Shown here piece by piece: positions 1 through 8,734 of a DNA stretch of 35,599 bases. The notes beneath the pieces were generated by a model, which worked only from the letters and a program-made list of their open reading frames with translations, did not search any database and was not told the origin of the DNA. The stretch lies in the IMG/VR virus record IMGVR_UViG_3300012347_000528, positions 1 to 35,599 of that record. One strand, 5' to 3'. This DNA is from a virus. Position 1 is the first letter of the stretch; every line of letters begins with the position of its first letter. The translations under genes and the position numbers were made by a program.

Positions 1-3
1 AAA

Positions 4-423
4 ATGGCTTTCAACTTTGAACAGAAAATTAAGGAATTCCAAAAATTGAAGCGTAATTTGCCCGCGCAAGTTGGTAACATTGCGAAGCGCCACTTTGTCG
101 AAAGTTTCAAGAACCAAGGGTTTACAGACGCAAGCCTTGACCCTTGGGCGGCTCGAAAAACCAAAGATAAAAGCGACCGAAGCAAAAGAAACGCCGACAA
201 ACCGCGCGCTATTTTGGTTAAAACAGGTCATTTGCGGGGTTCAATTCGCGTAAGGGTGGCAACATTTAATTTGATAGAAATTGGCGCTTACGGCGTTCCT
301 TATGCGAAATTTCACAACAACCCGACAGGAAAAGGCGTAAAACGTCAATTTATTGGACGGTCAAGGTCGTTAAGCAATAAGATACAGCGAAAAATTAGCC
401 AAGAAATTAATAAAATAATGTAA
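4..423 (+). CDS. Virion morphogenesis / tail-completion protein (Mu gpG-like)
   Basis: Pattern F..SF...GF.....PW...........ILVKTGHLRGSI....IGAYGVPYAKFHN matches the Mu G / Phage_tail_S-type family. It follows the MuF gene across the circular junction, as in Mu. Confidence 0.75.
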   Translation: MAFNFEQKIKEFQKLKRNLPAQVGNIAKRHFVESFKNQGFTDASLDPWAARKTKDKSDRSKRNADKPRAILVKTGHLRGSIRVRVATFNLIEIGAYGVPYAKFHNNPTGKGVKRQFIGRSRSLSNKIQRKISQEINKIM

Positions 424-424
424 T

Positions 425-931
425 ATGAACCCAAAACTTGACCTTTTCGACGCTTTGAAAGCGCGAATTCAATCCGAAATTCCTGAAATAAAGACTTTTA
501 GGCTATACAACAACCAATTCGCAAAAGAAGGCGTTGAAAAGGCTTTTCCTTTTCCAGCTTTAATGGTTGAATTTGTTGACCTGAATTATACGGCAAAAAG
601 TGAAAGCCTTCAGGAAGCCGACGTTAACGTTGTCTTTCACCTTGCTTTTGCTTCGCTAAAAACCGAAGACCGCGCTGTTTTTGAGTTGGCGCAAAAGGTT
701 AACCAAAGCTTACAGGGGTTTTTTGGCGTCGATTTATTTTCACCATTGAACCGAAAGCGTGAACAACAGGACACAGACCACGACGGCGTTATTATTTGGC
801 GCTTGGAATATACCACGCTATTAAGCGACAACACAGCAAACAGAAAAAGAAGACTTATTTTAATGACAACAGACGTCGAACTTGAAATTGACAAAGACGC
901 GGCGGCACCATTCCTGAAGCAAAGCGAATAA
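425..931 (+). CDS. Hypothetical neck / head-tail joining protein
   Basis: 168-aa ORF tightly coupled to the upstream gene (stop of 4-423, then ATG at 425). Its position is in the head-completion cluster. No motif recognised. Confidence 0.4.
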   Translation: MNPKLDLFDALKARIQSEIPEIKTFRLYNNQFAKEGVEKAFPFPALMVEFVDLNYTAKSESLQEADVNVVFHLAFASLKTEDRAVFELAQKVNQSLQGFFGVDLFSPLNRKREQQDTDHDGVIIWRLEYTTLLSDNTANRKRRLILMTTDVELEIDKDAAAPFLKQSE

Positions 932-937
932 ATGAAA

Positions 938-960
938 AAAGCCTTCCAATGGAAGGCTTT
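938..960. terminator. Hairpin terminator between convergent genes (U-run on the minus-strand side)
   Basis: aaagccttcc-aat-ggaaggcttt gives a perfect 10-bp stem. The minus-strand reading is followed by tttttt. Confidence 0.7.
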
Positions 961-1017
961 AATCATCAATAAAAAAAAACAATAAATAAAAGAAGGTATC
1001 AAAGCCCAAATATAAGC

Positions 1018-1527
1018 TTATTTTACAACTTCCAAAGCTTTTTGTTGTTTTAATTTTTTGTTTGTCAAAGCTTCAACTTCAACTTCGTTCTTTTCCTTCG
1101 CTTCAATGTCTTTGGTTCCTGTGTTTTGTTCCAAGCCAGCCTTCAGCGCTTTTTTGTTCGCGGTCGCTACTGTTGAAGTGTTTGTTTCAAGTGTGAACCC
1201 GTTCGGCTTCCAATTAACACGAAGAACAACGAACCCGCCAACAGAATAAACCTGACTTTTAAAACGCGGGTCTGTCTTTGACGTCGTGGCTGTTGACTGA
1301 ACAAAGATTTTCTTTTGAATAACGTCTTCGGGATTGTAACCGTTCCTTTTTAGTTCGCTTCGTAAGGCTTCATTTACTATTTTAAGCGCCCCGTGAACAA
1401 AGTCAATGGCTTGCTGTTCAATTGTAATAAGGTTCGCGTAACTTTTTTCAGCACGCTTGAAATTTTCTTTTGCAAATAGCGGCTTCCAGCCACAATAAGC
1501 GAAAATTGAATTAAGAATTCTTTTCAT
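1018..1527 (-). CDS. Hypothetical protein (antisense cassette gene 2)
   Basis: 169-aa ORF with an ATG start, overlapping the upstream small gene by 17 nt, with a terminator downstream. The C-terminal third is Lys/Glu-rich. No family recognised. Confidence 0.6.
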   Translation of the reverse strand: MKRILNSIFAYCGWKPLFAKENFKRAEKSYANLITIEQQAIDFVHGALKIVNEALRSELKRNGYNPEDVIQKKIFVQSTATTSKTDPRFKSQVYSVGGFVVLRVNWKPNGFTLETNTSTVATANKKALKAGLEQNTGTKDIEAKEKNEVEVEALTNKKLKQQKALEVVK

Positions 1528-1693
1528 TTTGATTTGTTTTAGCGAAGTCCTTCCAAATAGTGTCTTCAGACAAAAATAATTGTTTAGCTATTCGACGAAC
1601 TACGTCAGCAACGTTCAGGCTTTTATGTCTGTCGTTTATTTGCTGTTTTACATATTCCGCGCGGTCTTCAAGCGTTTTTTGGTTCTTCTTCAT
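1511..1693 (-). CDS. Small helix-turn-helix-like protein (antisense cassette gene 1)
   Basis: 60-aa ORF. The segment SLNVADVVRRIAKQLFLSEDTIWKDF resembles an HTH such as LuxR / sigma region-4. An AT-rich divergent region lies upstream. Confidence 0.5.
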   Translation of the reverse strand: MKKNQKTLEDRAEYVKQQINDRHKSLNVADVVRRIAKQLFLSEDTIWKDFAKTNQNEKNS

Positions 1694-1770
1694 TTGTTAT
1701 TTTACTATAAAGACAAAATAAAGAAAAAAAAACGACATAATAAAACAAATAATTAAATTAATATTGTGCT

Positions 1771-2955
1771 ATGAATTGGAAACATATAAAAAATATCGAC
1801 AAAAATAAGGGTTTCGCCGAAATGTTCATTTACGACGAAATTTCTAACGAAAAAGTAAACGGTTCTTCGTTCGCTTACGAAATGCGCTATTTAATCAATT
1901 ACGAAGGCGTTAAGACTATTAAGGTAAAAATCAATTCTGTTGGTGGTGACGTAATGCACGCGCAAACCATTATTTCTGAAATGATTGACGCCAAAGAAAA
2001 AGGCGTTACCATTGAAACCTACGGACAGGGCTTAATGGCTTCTTCGGCTGGTGTCATTTGGTTGACCGCTGAAAAAGAACACCGTTACGCAAAAGATTAC
2101 GCCCGCCTTATGGTTCACGGCGTTTCTGTTCCTGACGAAGTTCAGCTTTCTGAAGCTGACATTGCGGCGCTTGAAAACTTCAAAAAGATTTTAGTTCAAA
2201 TTTTAGCGAACCGAACAGGAAAAAAGGAAAAGTTTTTTGAAGACTTGTTTACAAATGGAAAAGACAATTGGTTTGACACAAAGCAAATGGTCAAAAACGG
2301 TATTATTGAAGAAAAAAATATTGAAGCAACCGACATAAAAGTTGACATTGCGGAAACAGAAACCACGGCTGGCGTTGTTGTCGTGTATAATAAGCTAATA
2401 ACAACGATTGAAAATAATATTAACACAAAACAAATTAAAATGAAAAAAGTTATTGCACTTTTGAAGCTTCAGGAAGGCGTTTCCGAAGAAGTTGTTGAAA
2501 CAGCGGTTGCGACCATTCAAAACAGTCTGAAAACAGCTGAAGAAACGGTTACGACCACTAAAAACGAACTTGAAAAAGTAAAAGGCGAACTTGCTACGGC
2601 GAACGCGACCCTTGCAGCACAAAACAAAGCGGCTGCGGCTGACTTCGTGAAGAACTGTATTAAAAACGGTCAAATTTCACCTGAAAAAGAAGCTGACGTT
2701 CTTGTTCAAGCTGAAGCGAACCTTGAAGGCTTCAAAAACTTAATGGCTGCAATTCCTGTGAAGGGCGCAAACATTATCGACCAAATTGGAAAAGAAGGAA
2801 CACCTTCACCAACGACGGAAACAAGAACATTCAGACAACTTGAAAAAGAAGCGCCTGAAGTTCTTAACACTATGAGAAAAACGGACTTGAAAACTTTCGT
2901 TAATCTTTATAATGCGGAATACAAAACCAACAAAACTGAAGCTGATTTTCAGTAA
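1771..2955 (+). CDS. ClpP-family (S14) prohead protease fused to a C-terminal scaffold domain
   Basis: INSVGGDV, GLMASSAG (Ser nucleophile region) and LMVHG (His) motifs in the N-terminal ~170 aa. The C-terminal half is Ala/Glu/Lys-rich and coiled-coil-like. It sits immediately upstream of the capsid gene. Confidence 0.85.
   Translation: MNWKHIKNIDKNKGFAEMFIYDEISNEKVNGSSFAYEMRYLINYEGVKTIKVKINSVGGDVMHAQTIISEMIDAKEKGVTIETYGQGLMASSAGVIWLTAEKEHRYAKDYARLMVHGVSVPDEVQLSEADIAALENFKKILVQILANRTGKKEKFFEDLFTNGKDNWFDTKQMVKNGIIEEKNIEATDIKVDIAETETTAGVVVVYNKLITTIENNINTKQIKMKKVIALLKLQEGVSEEVVETAVATIQNSLKTAEETVTTTKNELEKVKGELATANATLAAQNKAAAADFVKNCIKNGQISPEKEADVLVQAEANLEGFKNLMAAIPVKGANIIDQIGKEGTPSPTTETRTFRQLEKEAPEVLNTMRKTDLKTFVNLYNAEYKTNKTEADFQ
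2440..2955 (+). CDS. Possible nested in-frame scaffold protein (internal start in the protease gene)
   Basis: Internal ATG at 2440, preceded by the A-rich leader caaattaaaATG seen at other starts. The product begins MKKVIALLKLQEGVSEEVVETAV, typical of scaffold N-termini. Confidence 0.35.
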   Translation: MKKVIALLKLQEGVSEEVVETAVATIQNSLKTAEETVTTTKNELEKVKGELATANATLAAQNKAAAADFVKNCIKNGQISPEKEADVLVQAEANLEGFKNLMAAIPVKGANIIDQIGKEGTPSPTTETRTFRQLEKEAPEVLNTMRKTDLKTFVNLYNAEYKTNKTEADFQ

Positions 2956-2985
2956 TTAAAAACCCTTTTTAAAACATTTACAAAA

Positions 2986-4068
2986 ATGAAAACAAAACTT
3001 TCAATTAGTAGGCTTTTAATGAACTTGTCTTTGGCTTTGTTCATTGGTGCCTTATTTGCTTCGCCAGCTTTCGGCGCTGGTATTTTTGCGGTCGGAACAG
3101 GCGCGCAATTGGCTTCAAAACAGTCGCTTTTTAATGGTTCTTTGGCGTTTGCTTTACAAACTGAAGTTTGGATTGCTGACATACAAGAAAAACTTTACTA
3201 CGGTAACGAATTCTTATTTTTAGCCCAAGACCACAGCGAATTTGTTCGCAATAAAACTGTTCACATTCCGCAAGCTGGCGGTTCGCCAACTGTTGTAAAA
3301 AATAGAACAGCCGTGAACACCGACCCAATTCAAAGAACGGACACGGAACTTACTTACGACCTTGACAACTATACAACTGACCCAATTCTTGTGAAAAACA
3401 TTGAAGAACTTCAAATTTCTTACAACAAACGTCAGTCTGTTCTTGGTTCTCACATTGCTACGCTTTCGGACACAGTAGCAACGGAAACGCTTCAAAAATG
3501 GGCTGTTACAGGTTCAACAACGCACGTTTTAAGAACGACAGGGGCGGACATAGGAACCTTGCCACACGCTACGGCGACAGGAAAACGTTTGAAATTAACA
3601 AAAGAAGACATTGCGCGCGCTTCGGCTCGTATGGATTTAGACAAAGTTCCAGCAATGGAACGTTACGCTGTCCTTCCAGCTGCTATGTTTTACGACTTGT
3701 TTACAGACAGCGACCTTGTACGTTCACGCGCTACACTTGGCGAAGACTTAATTAAAAAGGGTGTTGTTGCTGAATTATTTGGCTTCAATATTATCAAAAG
3801 GGGTGAAGTTGTGACCTATACAAGCGCCGCGGCTAATAACTTGCGCGCTGCTGGTGCCGCTGCTGCTGCGTCTGACTGTGCTGGTGCAATTTGCTTCAGT
3901 AGATTTATGACTTCACAGGCTTTGGGTGAAATTATGGTTTACATTAATGAAGGCGACGCACAAAAATACGGTGACGTAATGAGTGCCGAAGTTAACCACG
4001 GGGCGCACTTCTTACGCGACAACAACGTTGGACGTGTTTCAATTGCACAGGGTTACGTTGCACCATAA
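2986..4068 (+). CDS. Major capsid protein (HK97-fold type inferred)
   Basis: 360-aa ORF directly after the protease-scaffold gene and followed by a strong intrinsic terminator. Size and position are typical. No specific family was confirmed by eye. Confidence 0.7.
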   Translation: MKTKLSISRLLMNLSLALFIGALFASPAFGAGIFAVGTGAQLASKQSLFNGSLAFALQTEVWIADIQEKLYYGNEFLFLAQDHSEFVRNKTVHIPQAGGSPTVVKNRTAVNTDPIQRTDTELTYDLDNYTTDPILVKNIEELQISYNKRQSVLGSHIATLSDTVATETLQKWAVTGSTTHVLRTTGADIGTLPHATATGKRLKLTKEDIARASARMDLDKVPAMERYAVLPAAMFYDLFTDSDLVRSRATLGEDLIKKGVVAELFGFNIIKRGEVVTYTSAAANNLRAAGAAAAASDCAGAICFSRFMTSQALGEIMVYINEGDAQKYGDVMSAEVNHGAHFLRDNNVGRVSIAQGYVAP

Positions 4069-4092
4069 GGAACCATTAAAATAATATGAAAA

Positions 4093-4120
4093 GGCGGCAA
4101 ATTAACGCCGCCTTTTTTTT
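4093..4120 (+). terminator. Rho-independent terminator after the capsid gene
   Basis: ggcggc-aaattaac-gccgcc followed by eight T. Confidence 0.8.
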
Positions 4121-4142
4121 AACCATAAAAAATATAAAAAAA

Positions 4143-5324
4143 ATGTTAAACGACATTAAATTTAACAGGGGCGAAGGCGGACTTGGACGCGCTTTGTCAG
4201 GTGAAGACCACATTTCAGGAATGCTGGCTTTTGTTCCAGCGGCTTCGCTTCCAGCGGCGTTCGTTACCAACAAAATAAAAACTATTTATTCACTTCCTGA
4301 AGCTGAAACGGCTGGCGTTGTAACGGGTTTAAACGATTACTTGGACGCTATTCACTACCAACTTGAAACAGCTTTTATGGCTAATTCAAAAGCGATTATT
4401 CACTTGGGGCTTTTTCCTGACGTGGCTGGTGCTGTTGACTTGACGAAAATTGTTGAAATTCAACGTTTTGCTGAAGGTAAAATTCGACAAATTGCGGTTT
4501 TCAATATGTTCAATGACTTTGAAGTTGGCGACGTTGTTACTATTCAGGCGGCTTGCGACATTTTAGAAGCTGAACACAAACCTTTAAGCGCTGTTTATGC
4601 TGCTGACTTCGGAACGTTCACGCTTGCGACACTTCCCGACTTACGTCTTCAGGACGCTAAAAACGTGACTGTCATTTTAGGGGCTGACGGTGCTGGAAAA
4701 GGGGCTACATTAGCCGCTGACAGCGGAATTGTGGCGCCAATTTTAGGCTTAACGCTTGGAATTCTGTCAAGTGCAAAAGTGAACGAAAATATTGGTTGGG
4801 TTGCACGTTTTAACGTTGCAAAAAATATAATCAATGAATTCGACGTTCCAGCGTTAATGACAGGCGAATTGGTTAAAAACGTGGCACCTTCAGCACTTTC
4901 TGACTTAAACGCGAAGGGTTACGTTTTCCTTTTGAAACATATCGGAACAGCTGGAACGTACTTCAATGACAGTCACACCGCCAAGGTCGTAACGTCTGAC
5001 TATGCTTATATTGAAAACAACCGAACAATTGACAAAGCTGTTCGTGGTGTTCGTTCGTTTTTGCTTCCAAGCTTAAACGCCCCGTTATATGTAAACACAG
5101 ACGGCACGCTTACTGAAGACACGATTGCAGCCTTCAGAAACGACGCTTTGCGAGCGTTGGAACAAATGGAACGCGAAGGCGAAATTTCAGCAAAGGACGT
5201 CTTAATTGACCCAGCGCAAAACGTTTTAAGTTCTTCAAAGCTTCAGATTACAATTAAAATTGTTCCTGTTGGGGTTGCCCGAAATATAGAAGTAAACATT
5301 GGCTTTGCCGTAAAAATTAAATAA
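4143..5324 (+). CDS. Tail sheath protein (putative); start corrected from 4086
   Basis: 393 aa from the ATG at 4143. The track start at 4086 would translate through the terminator hairpin. The gene lies immediately upstream of tube, chaperone and tape-measure genes. Confidence 0.6.
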   Translation: MLNDIKFNRGEGGLGRALSGEDHISGMLAFVPAASLPAAFVTNKIKTIYSLPEAETAGVVTGLNDYLDAIHYQLETAFMANSKAIIHLGLFPDVAGAVDLTKIVEIQRFAEGKIRQIAVFNMFNDFEVGDVVTIQAACDILEAEHKPLSAVYAADFGTFTLATLPDLRLQDAKNVTVILGADGAGKGATLAADSGIVAPILGLTLGILSSAKVNENIGWVARFNVAKNIINEFDVPALMTGELVKNVAPSALSDLNAKGYVFLLKHIGTAGTYFNDSHTAKVVTSDYAYIENNRTIDKAVRGVRSFLLPSLNAPLYVNTDGTLTEDTIAAFRNDALRALEQMEREGEISAKDVLIDPAQNVLSSSKLQITIKIVPVGVARNIEVNIGFAVKIK

Positions 5325-5326
5325 TT

Positions 5327-5746
5327 ATGAACAATATTCCATTAATTAACGGACGCGCTTATTCTTACGTTGAAGTTGTCGTTAAAATTGAGGGCGTTGA
5401 AATTCCTTCAGTTTCAAAAATAAGCTACACCGAAGAACAGCAAAAAGAAAACAACTACGGAACAGGTTCCCGACCTGTGTCGCGTGGAATTGGAAAAATT
5501 GAACCGAAAGCGTCAATTGAAATGTCAATGAACGACGTTGAAGCAATTCGCGACGTGGCGCCTGACGGTTCGCTTTTAAAGTTGCCGCCGTTTGACATTC
5601 AAGTTACATTTTTAAACGCTCAAAAAGTAGTTACGCACGTTGTAAAAAATTGCGAATTTACGAACGACGGCGTTGAAGCTGGAACAGACGACAAAGACAT
5701 TAAAAAAAGCTTCGATTTAATTCCGTCGCATATAGTTTACAGATAA
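5327..5746 (+). CDS. Tail tube protein (putative)
   Basis: 139 aa, located between the sheath candidate and the chaperone/tape-measure genes, with size typical of myovirus tube proteins. Confidence 0.6.
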   Translation: MNNIPLINGRAYSYVEVVVKIEGVEIPSVSKISYTEEQQKENNYGTGSRPVSRGIGKIEPKASIEMSMNDVEAIRDVAPDGSLLKLPPFDIQVTFLNAQKVVTHVVKNCEFTNDGVEAGTDDKDIKKSFDLIPSHIVYR

Positions 5747-5790
5747 CACTTTTTTTTTATATCTTAGCGAAAATTTAAAACAATAATAAA

Positions 5791-6333
5791 ATGAACGCTA
5801 AAAACACAAAAAAAGTACGTTACGAAATTGAGGTTGAAGGCGCAAAGGGTTTCCTTGCGCCTTTGTCGTTTCACGTTGCCGAAGCCGCGCTTGGCTTTAC
5901 ATTCCGCCAATTCCCAAAAATGATTTCAGCGGGTGAAATAATTGTTAATTCTTTATTTTTGCACGGTTCGCCGAAATACAAGAACGACCAAAAAAGCCCT
6001 TGGTGGTCGCGCGTTTGCCTTGAAGCTTACAAAATTCTTGACCTTATTGCTTACGAATTAAACGACGACACAATTACTGTCGAAAGTGAAGGTAAAAAAT
6101 ACAGCTGTAAACTTCACCAAAATATTGACCGCGACACGCTTGAAGACGCGCTTGGTTTGATACGTCCGAACGCTGGAAACCCTATGCCTTTGACGGCTGG
6201 AAGGTTAATTTTAAAAAATTGTTGGGTTGAAGGTGACGAAGAAATTCTTACTAACGACGAACTTTTAATTCCAGCTTGTTTGGCGGCTTATTACAGAATT
6301 GAAGAAAAAGAAGCCAGCATAAAAAAAGTTTAG
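5791..6333 (+). CDS. Tail assembly chaperone (short, unshifted form)
   Basis: 180-aa ORF directly upstream of the tape-measure gene. It ends just after an A_AAA_AAA_G slippery site. Confidence 0.65.
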   Translation: MNAKNTKKVRYEIEVEGAKGFLAPLSFHVAEAALGFTFRQFPKMISAGEIIVNSLFLHGSPKYKNDQKSPWWSRVCLEAYKILDLIAYELNDDTITVESEGKKYSCKLHQNIDRDTLEDALGLIRPNAGNPMPLTAGRLILKNCWVEGDEEILTNDELLIPACLAAYYRIEEKEASIKKV

Positions 6334-6515
6334 GTCAATATGTCATTCCTTTTGAAGACGACGACAGTCGTTTTGAATTGGTTAAGATGAACGCGCTTTT
6401 AAGGTTTTATTTTAAAGAAGACCCCGACACGTTGACCGACGAACAATTTGCAAAGCGCTGGAACCAGCTTAAATTTGCTTTAAAATTTGAAAGTTTAAGA
6501 AAAACACCATTTTAA
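5791..6515 (+). CDS. Tail assembly chaperone, -1 frameshifted long form (gpGT-like)
   Basis: A slip at AAAAAAA (6321-6327) enters the -1 frame, which is open from 6303 to the TAA at 6513-6515. This adds 62 aa and fills the otherwise non-coding gap before the tape-measure gene. Confidence 0.6.
6321..6327 (+). promoter_or_regulatory. -1 programmed ribosomal frameshift slippery heptamer A_AAA_AAA(G)
   Basis: Zero-frame codons are ATA AAA AAA GTT TAG, which fit the X_XXY_YYZ pattern. Confidence 0.6.
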
Positions 6516-6517
6516 AA

Positions 6518-8134
6518 ATGTCAGACAATACAGAAACTTACATTGTAAAACTAAAAGACCAAGGTTTTACTTCAGGAATGCAAAAAGCGGGTCAAGTCAC
6601 CGACCAAGTTCACGACAAAGTTAACGCTGTAAATTCAGCAATGTCAACAGTCGGCGGAATTGTCGCGGGAATTTCTGTCGTTGCTTTGGGTCACGAAATA
6701 GTTGACACTTTGGCGAAGTTTGAAAAGTTTGAAGCGGTTCTTACAACCACTTTGGGAAGTTCTTCAGCTGCTCAAACGGCTATGTCGCAAATTACAGAAT
6801 TTGCAGCAAAAACGCCGTTTGAGGTTGACGGCTTAACCGATAGTTTTGTTCGTTTGGCGAACCAAGGTTTTGTTCCTACTATGTCAGAAATGACAAAGCT
6901 TGGCGACCTTGCAAGTTCAAAGGGAAAAGATATGAACCAATTAAGCGAAGCTTTAATTGACGCCCAAGTTGGCGAATTTGAACGTTTGAAGGAATTTGGA
7001 ATTCGAGCGTCAAAACAGGGCGACAAAGTAAGCTTCACTTTCAAAGGTCAAACAAAGACAATGAAAATGTCTGACGAAGCTGTAAAAGATTACATTTTAA
7101 GCCTTGGCGACCTTGCGGGTGTTCAGGGTTCAATGGCTGGAATTTCAGCAACAACGGGCGGACAGCTGTCGAATTTAAGCGACACGGTTACAGCTTTATA
7201 TTTGAAGCTTGGAACCAAATTGAAACCAGCAATTTCGACAGTTATAAGCGGCTTAATGACCGCGGTCGGGTGGGTTTCTTCTTTTGCGGATTGGGTTACA
7301 GCTGGAAGCACGGGCGCCCAAGCTTTTGCGGTCGTTATGGCTGTCGTTGGTGGGGCTTTACTTACTTACGGGGCTATTACAGGCGCGCTGGCTATCAAAA
7401 CCGCTGTTCTTACGGCTTATCAATGGTTACTTAATGCAGCAATGACCGCCAACCCTATTGGAATTGTCGTCGTGGCTATTGGTGCGCTTATTGCGGGCGT
7501 CGTTATGGCTTATCAAAAATTTGATACCTTCAGGGCTATTGTAAACGGTTCTTGGGCTGTTTTAAAACAAGTCGGGTCAAATATAATGGGAATGTTTTCA
7601 AAAATTCCCGAAATGGTCATTAAAGCATTTACACAAATTCCGACAGCTATTAAGTCAATTTTCACGGGCGTTGGCGACCTTTTTAACGCTATTTTCGGCG
7701 ACGGGAAGCTTTCTGACGTTCCAAAAATATTGAAGGGAATTGGTGGCGGAATACTAAAAGCTAACCCAATTACAGGGCTTGCGGCGAACGTTGCTGAAGA
7801 AGCAACCAAGGGCGTTGGTGACGCATTTAGCGGCGCATATAACGACACTATGACCCAAGCCAAAAAAGACAAAGCGGCGGCAAAAAGTAAAAAAGCGGGC
7901 GAAAAAATCATTCCAGCTGGAATGGCACCCGCTGGAAAAGACAAAGGGCTTGGCGCTGGAATTTCTGAAGTACGTTCGACAGCCCCAAAAAACTTTTACA
8001 TTAGTATTGGGAAGCTGGTCGAAGAACTGAACATTAACACAACGAATTTAACTGAAGGAAGCGCGAAAATAAAAGAAGAAGTTACGAAGCTTTTATTGAC
8101 AGCGGTTAACGATATGCAAATAATTTCTGAATAA
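6518..8134 (+). CDS. Tail tape measure protein
   Basis: 538 aa. The TEFAAKTPFEVDGLTDSFVRLANQGF core is typical of tape-measure proteins. It also has central hydrophobic Gly/Ala-rich segments and sits after the chaperone. Confidence 0.85.
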   Translation: MSDNTETYIVKLKDQGFTSGMQKAGQVTDQVHDKVNAVNSAMSTVGGIVAGISVVALGHEIVDTLAKFEKFEAVLTTTLGSSSAAQTAMSQITEFAAKTPFEVDGLTDSFVRLANQGFVPTMSEMTKLGDLASSKGKDMNQLSEALIDAQVGEFERLKEFGIRASKQGDKVSFTFKGQTKTMKMSDEAVKDYILSLGDLAGVQGSMAGISATTGGQLSNLSDTVTALYLKLGTKLKPAISTVISGLMTAVGWVSSFADWVTAGSTGAQAFAVVMAVVGGALLTYGAITGALAIKTAVLTAYQWLLNAAMTANPIGIVVVAIGALIAGVVMAYQKFDTFRAIVNGSWAVLKQVGSNIMGMFSKIPEMVIKAFTQIPTAIKSIFTGVGDLFNAIFGDGKLSDVPKILKGIGGGILKANPITGLAANVAEEATKGVGDAFSGAYNDTMTQAKKDKAAAKSKKAGEKIIPAGMAPAGKDKGLGAGISEVRSTAPKNFYISIGKLVEELNINTTNLTEGSAKIKEEVTKLLLTAVNDMQIISE

Positions 8135-8733
8135 TGAAAAATTTTAATTTCGCAATTAACGACTTATTAATAAACGCCCAAGGTCGGGCGTTTTCTGAAG
8201 TGAAAAGTTCGCTTTTATCGACAGAAATTGAAGAAGAAGCTTTTGACAAACGTTCCCTGTTTGGAACGCCTGTTTATTCAAATTTAGAAATTCCAGCGGG
8301 CGAATACACAGACCTTGAAGGAAAAACGATAAAATATGAAGGTATTCGTATTGATACGATAATGTTTGACGTTTCACAGGAACGAAATATTATAAGAACC
8401 CAAATAAGCGGGCGCAACGGAACAGTAAAACAGTTTATTTCTGACGGTGATTTTGTAATAAATTGCACGGGAATTATAACAGGGCGTTCGGTTGAACAAA
8501 GCAAAGGTTTTCAGGTTCAGAATGTCGTTGGCGCGCCTGAAGAAGAAATTCGCAAACTAAAAGCTATTTGTTCAATTCCCAAAGAAATTGAAGTTGTTTC
8601 TGAATTTCTTGACTTCTTCGACATTACGACTGTCGTTATAAATTCCCCTTCGTATTCGCAAAAAGAAGGTTCAAGGGGCGAAATTCTTTTTCAAATGCAA
8701 ATGTATAGTGACCAACCAATTGAATTGAAGTAA
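8134..8733 (+). CDS. Tail/baseplate protein (post-tape-measure, function unassigned)
   Basis: 199-aa ORF with a TAATG stop/start overlap with the tape-measure gene. Support is positional only. Confidence 0.45.
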   Translation: MKNFNFAINDLLINAQGRAFSEVKSSLLSTEIEEEAFDKRSLFGTPVYSNLEIPAGEYTDLEGKTIKYEGIRIDTIMFDVSQERNIIRTQISGRNGTVKQFISDGDFVINCTGIITGRSVEQSKGFQVQNVVGAPEEEIRKLKAICSIPKEIEVVSEFLDFFDITTVVINSPSYSQKEGSRGEILFQMQMYSDQPIELK

Positions 8734-8734
8734 A

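Noticed and set aside
1-55. The 55-bp terminal repeat considered as a biological direct terminal repeat or cos-type end.
   Set aside because: It bisects a coding sequence, its length is typical of an assembler k-mer overlap, and the terminase type fits headful packaging. This cannot be fully excluded without read data.
637-1002. 121-aa minus-strand ORF overlapping 425-931. Similar antisense or nested track ORFs include 1058-1249, 2196-2673, 2949-3495, 4076-4273, 4649-4834, 6772-7944, 8156-8504, 10142-10635, 13170-13508, 14719-15030, 15637-15891, 17643-18204, 19185-19809, 20643-20879, 27480-28501, 29663-30295, 30760-31411, 32483-33614, 33889-35188 and 35371-35586.
   Set aside because: All lie inside strongly supported genes on the opposite strand or in another frame. 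Their compositions are low-complexity or Phe/Lys/Ser-rich, typical of antisense reading of AT-rich coding DNA. None has its own leader, promoter or terminator.
4086-4142. Track start codon at 4086 for the sheath ORF.
   Set aside because: The first 19 codons would be translated from the capsid-gene terminator hairpin and its T-run. The ATG at 4143, behind an A-rich leader, is preferred.
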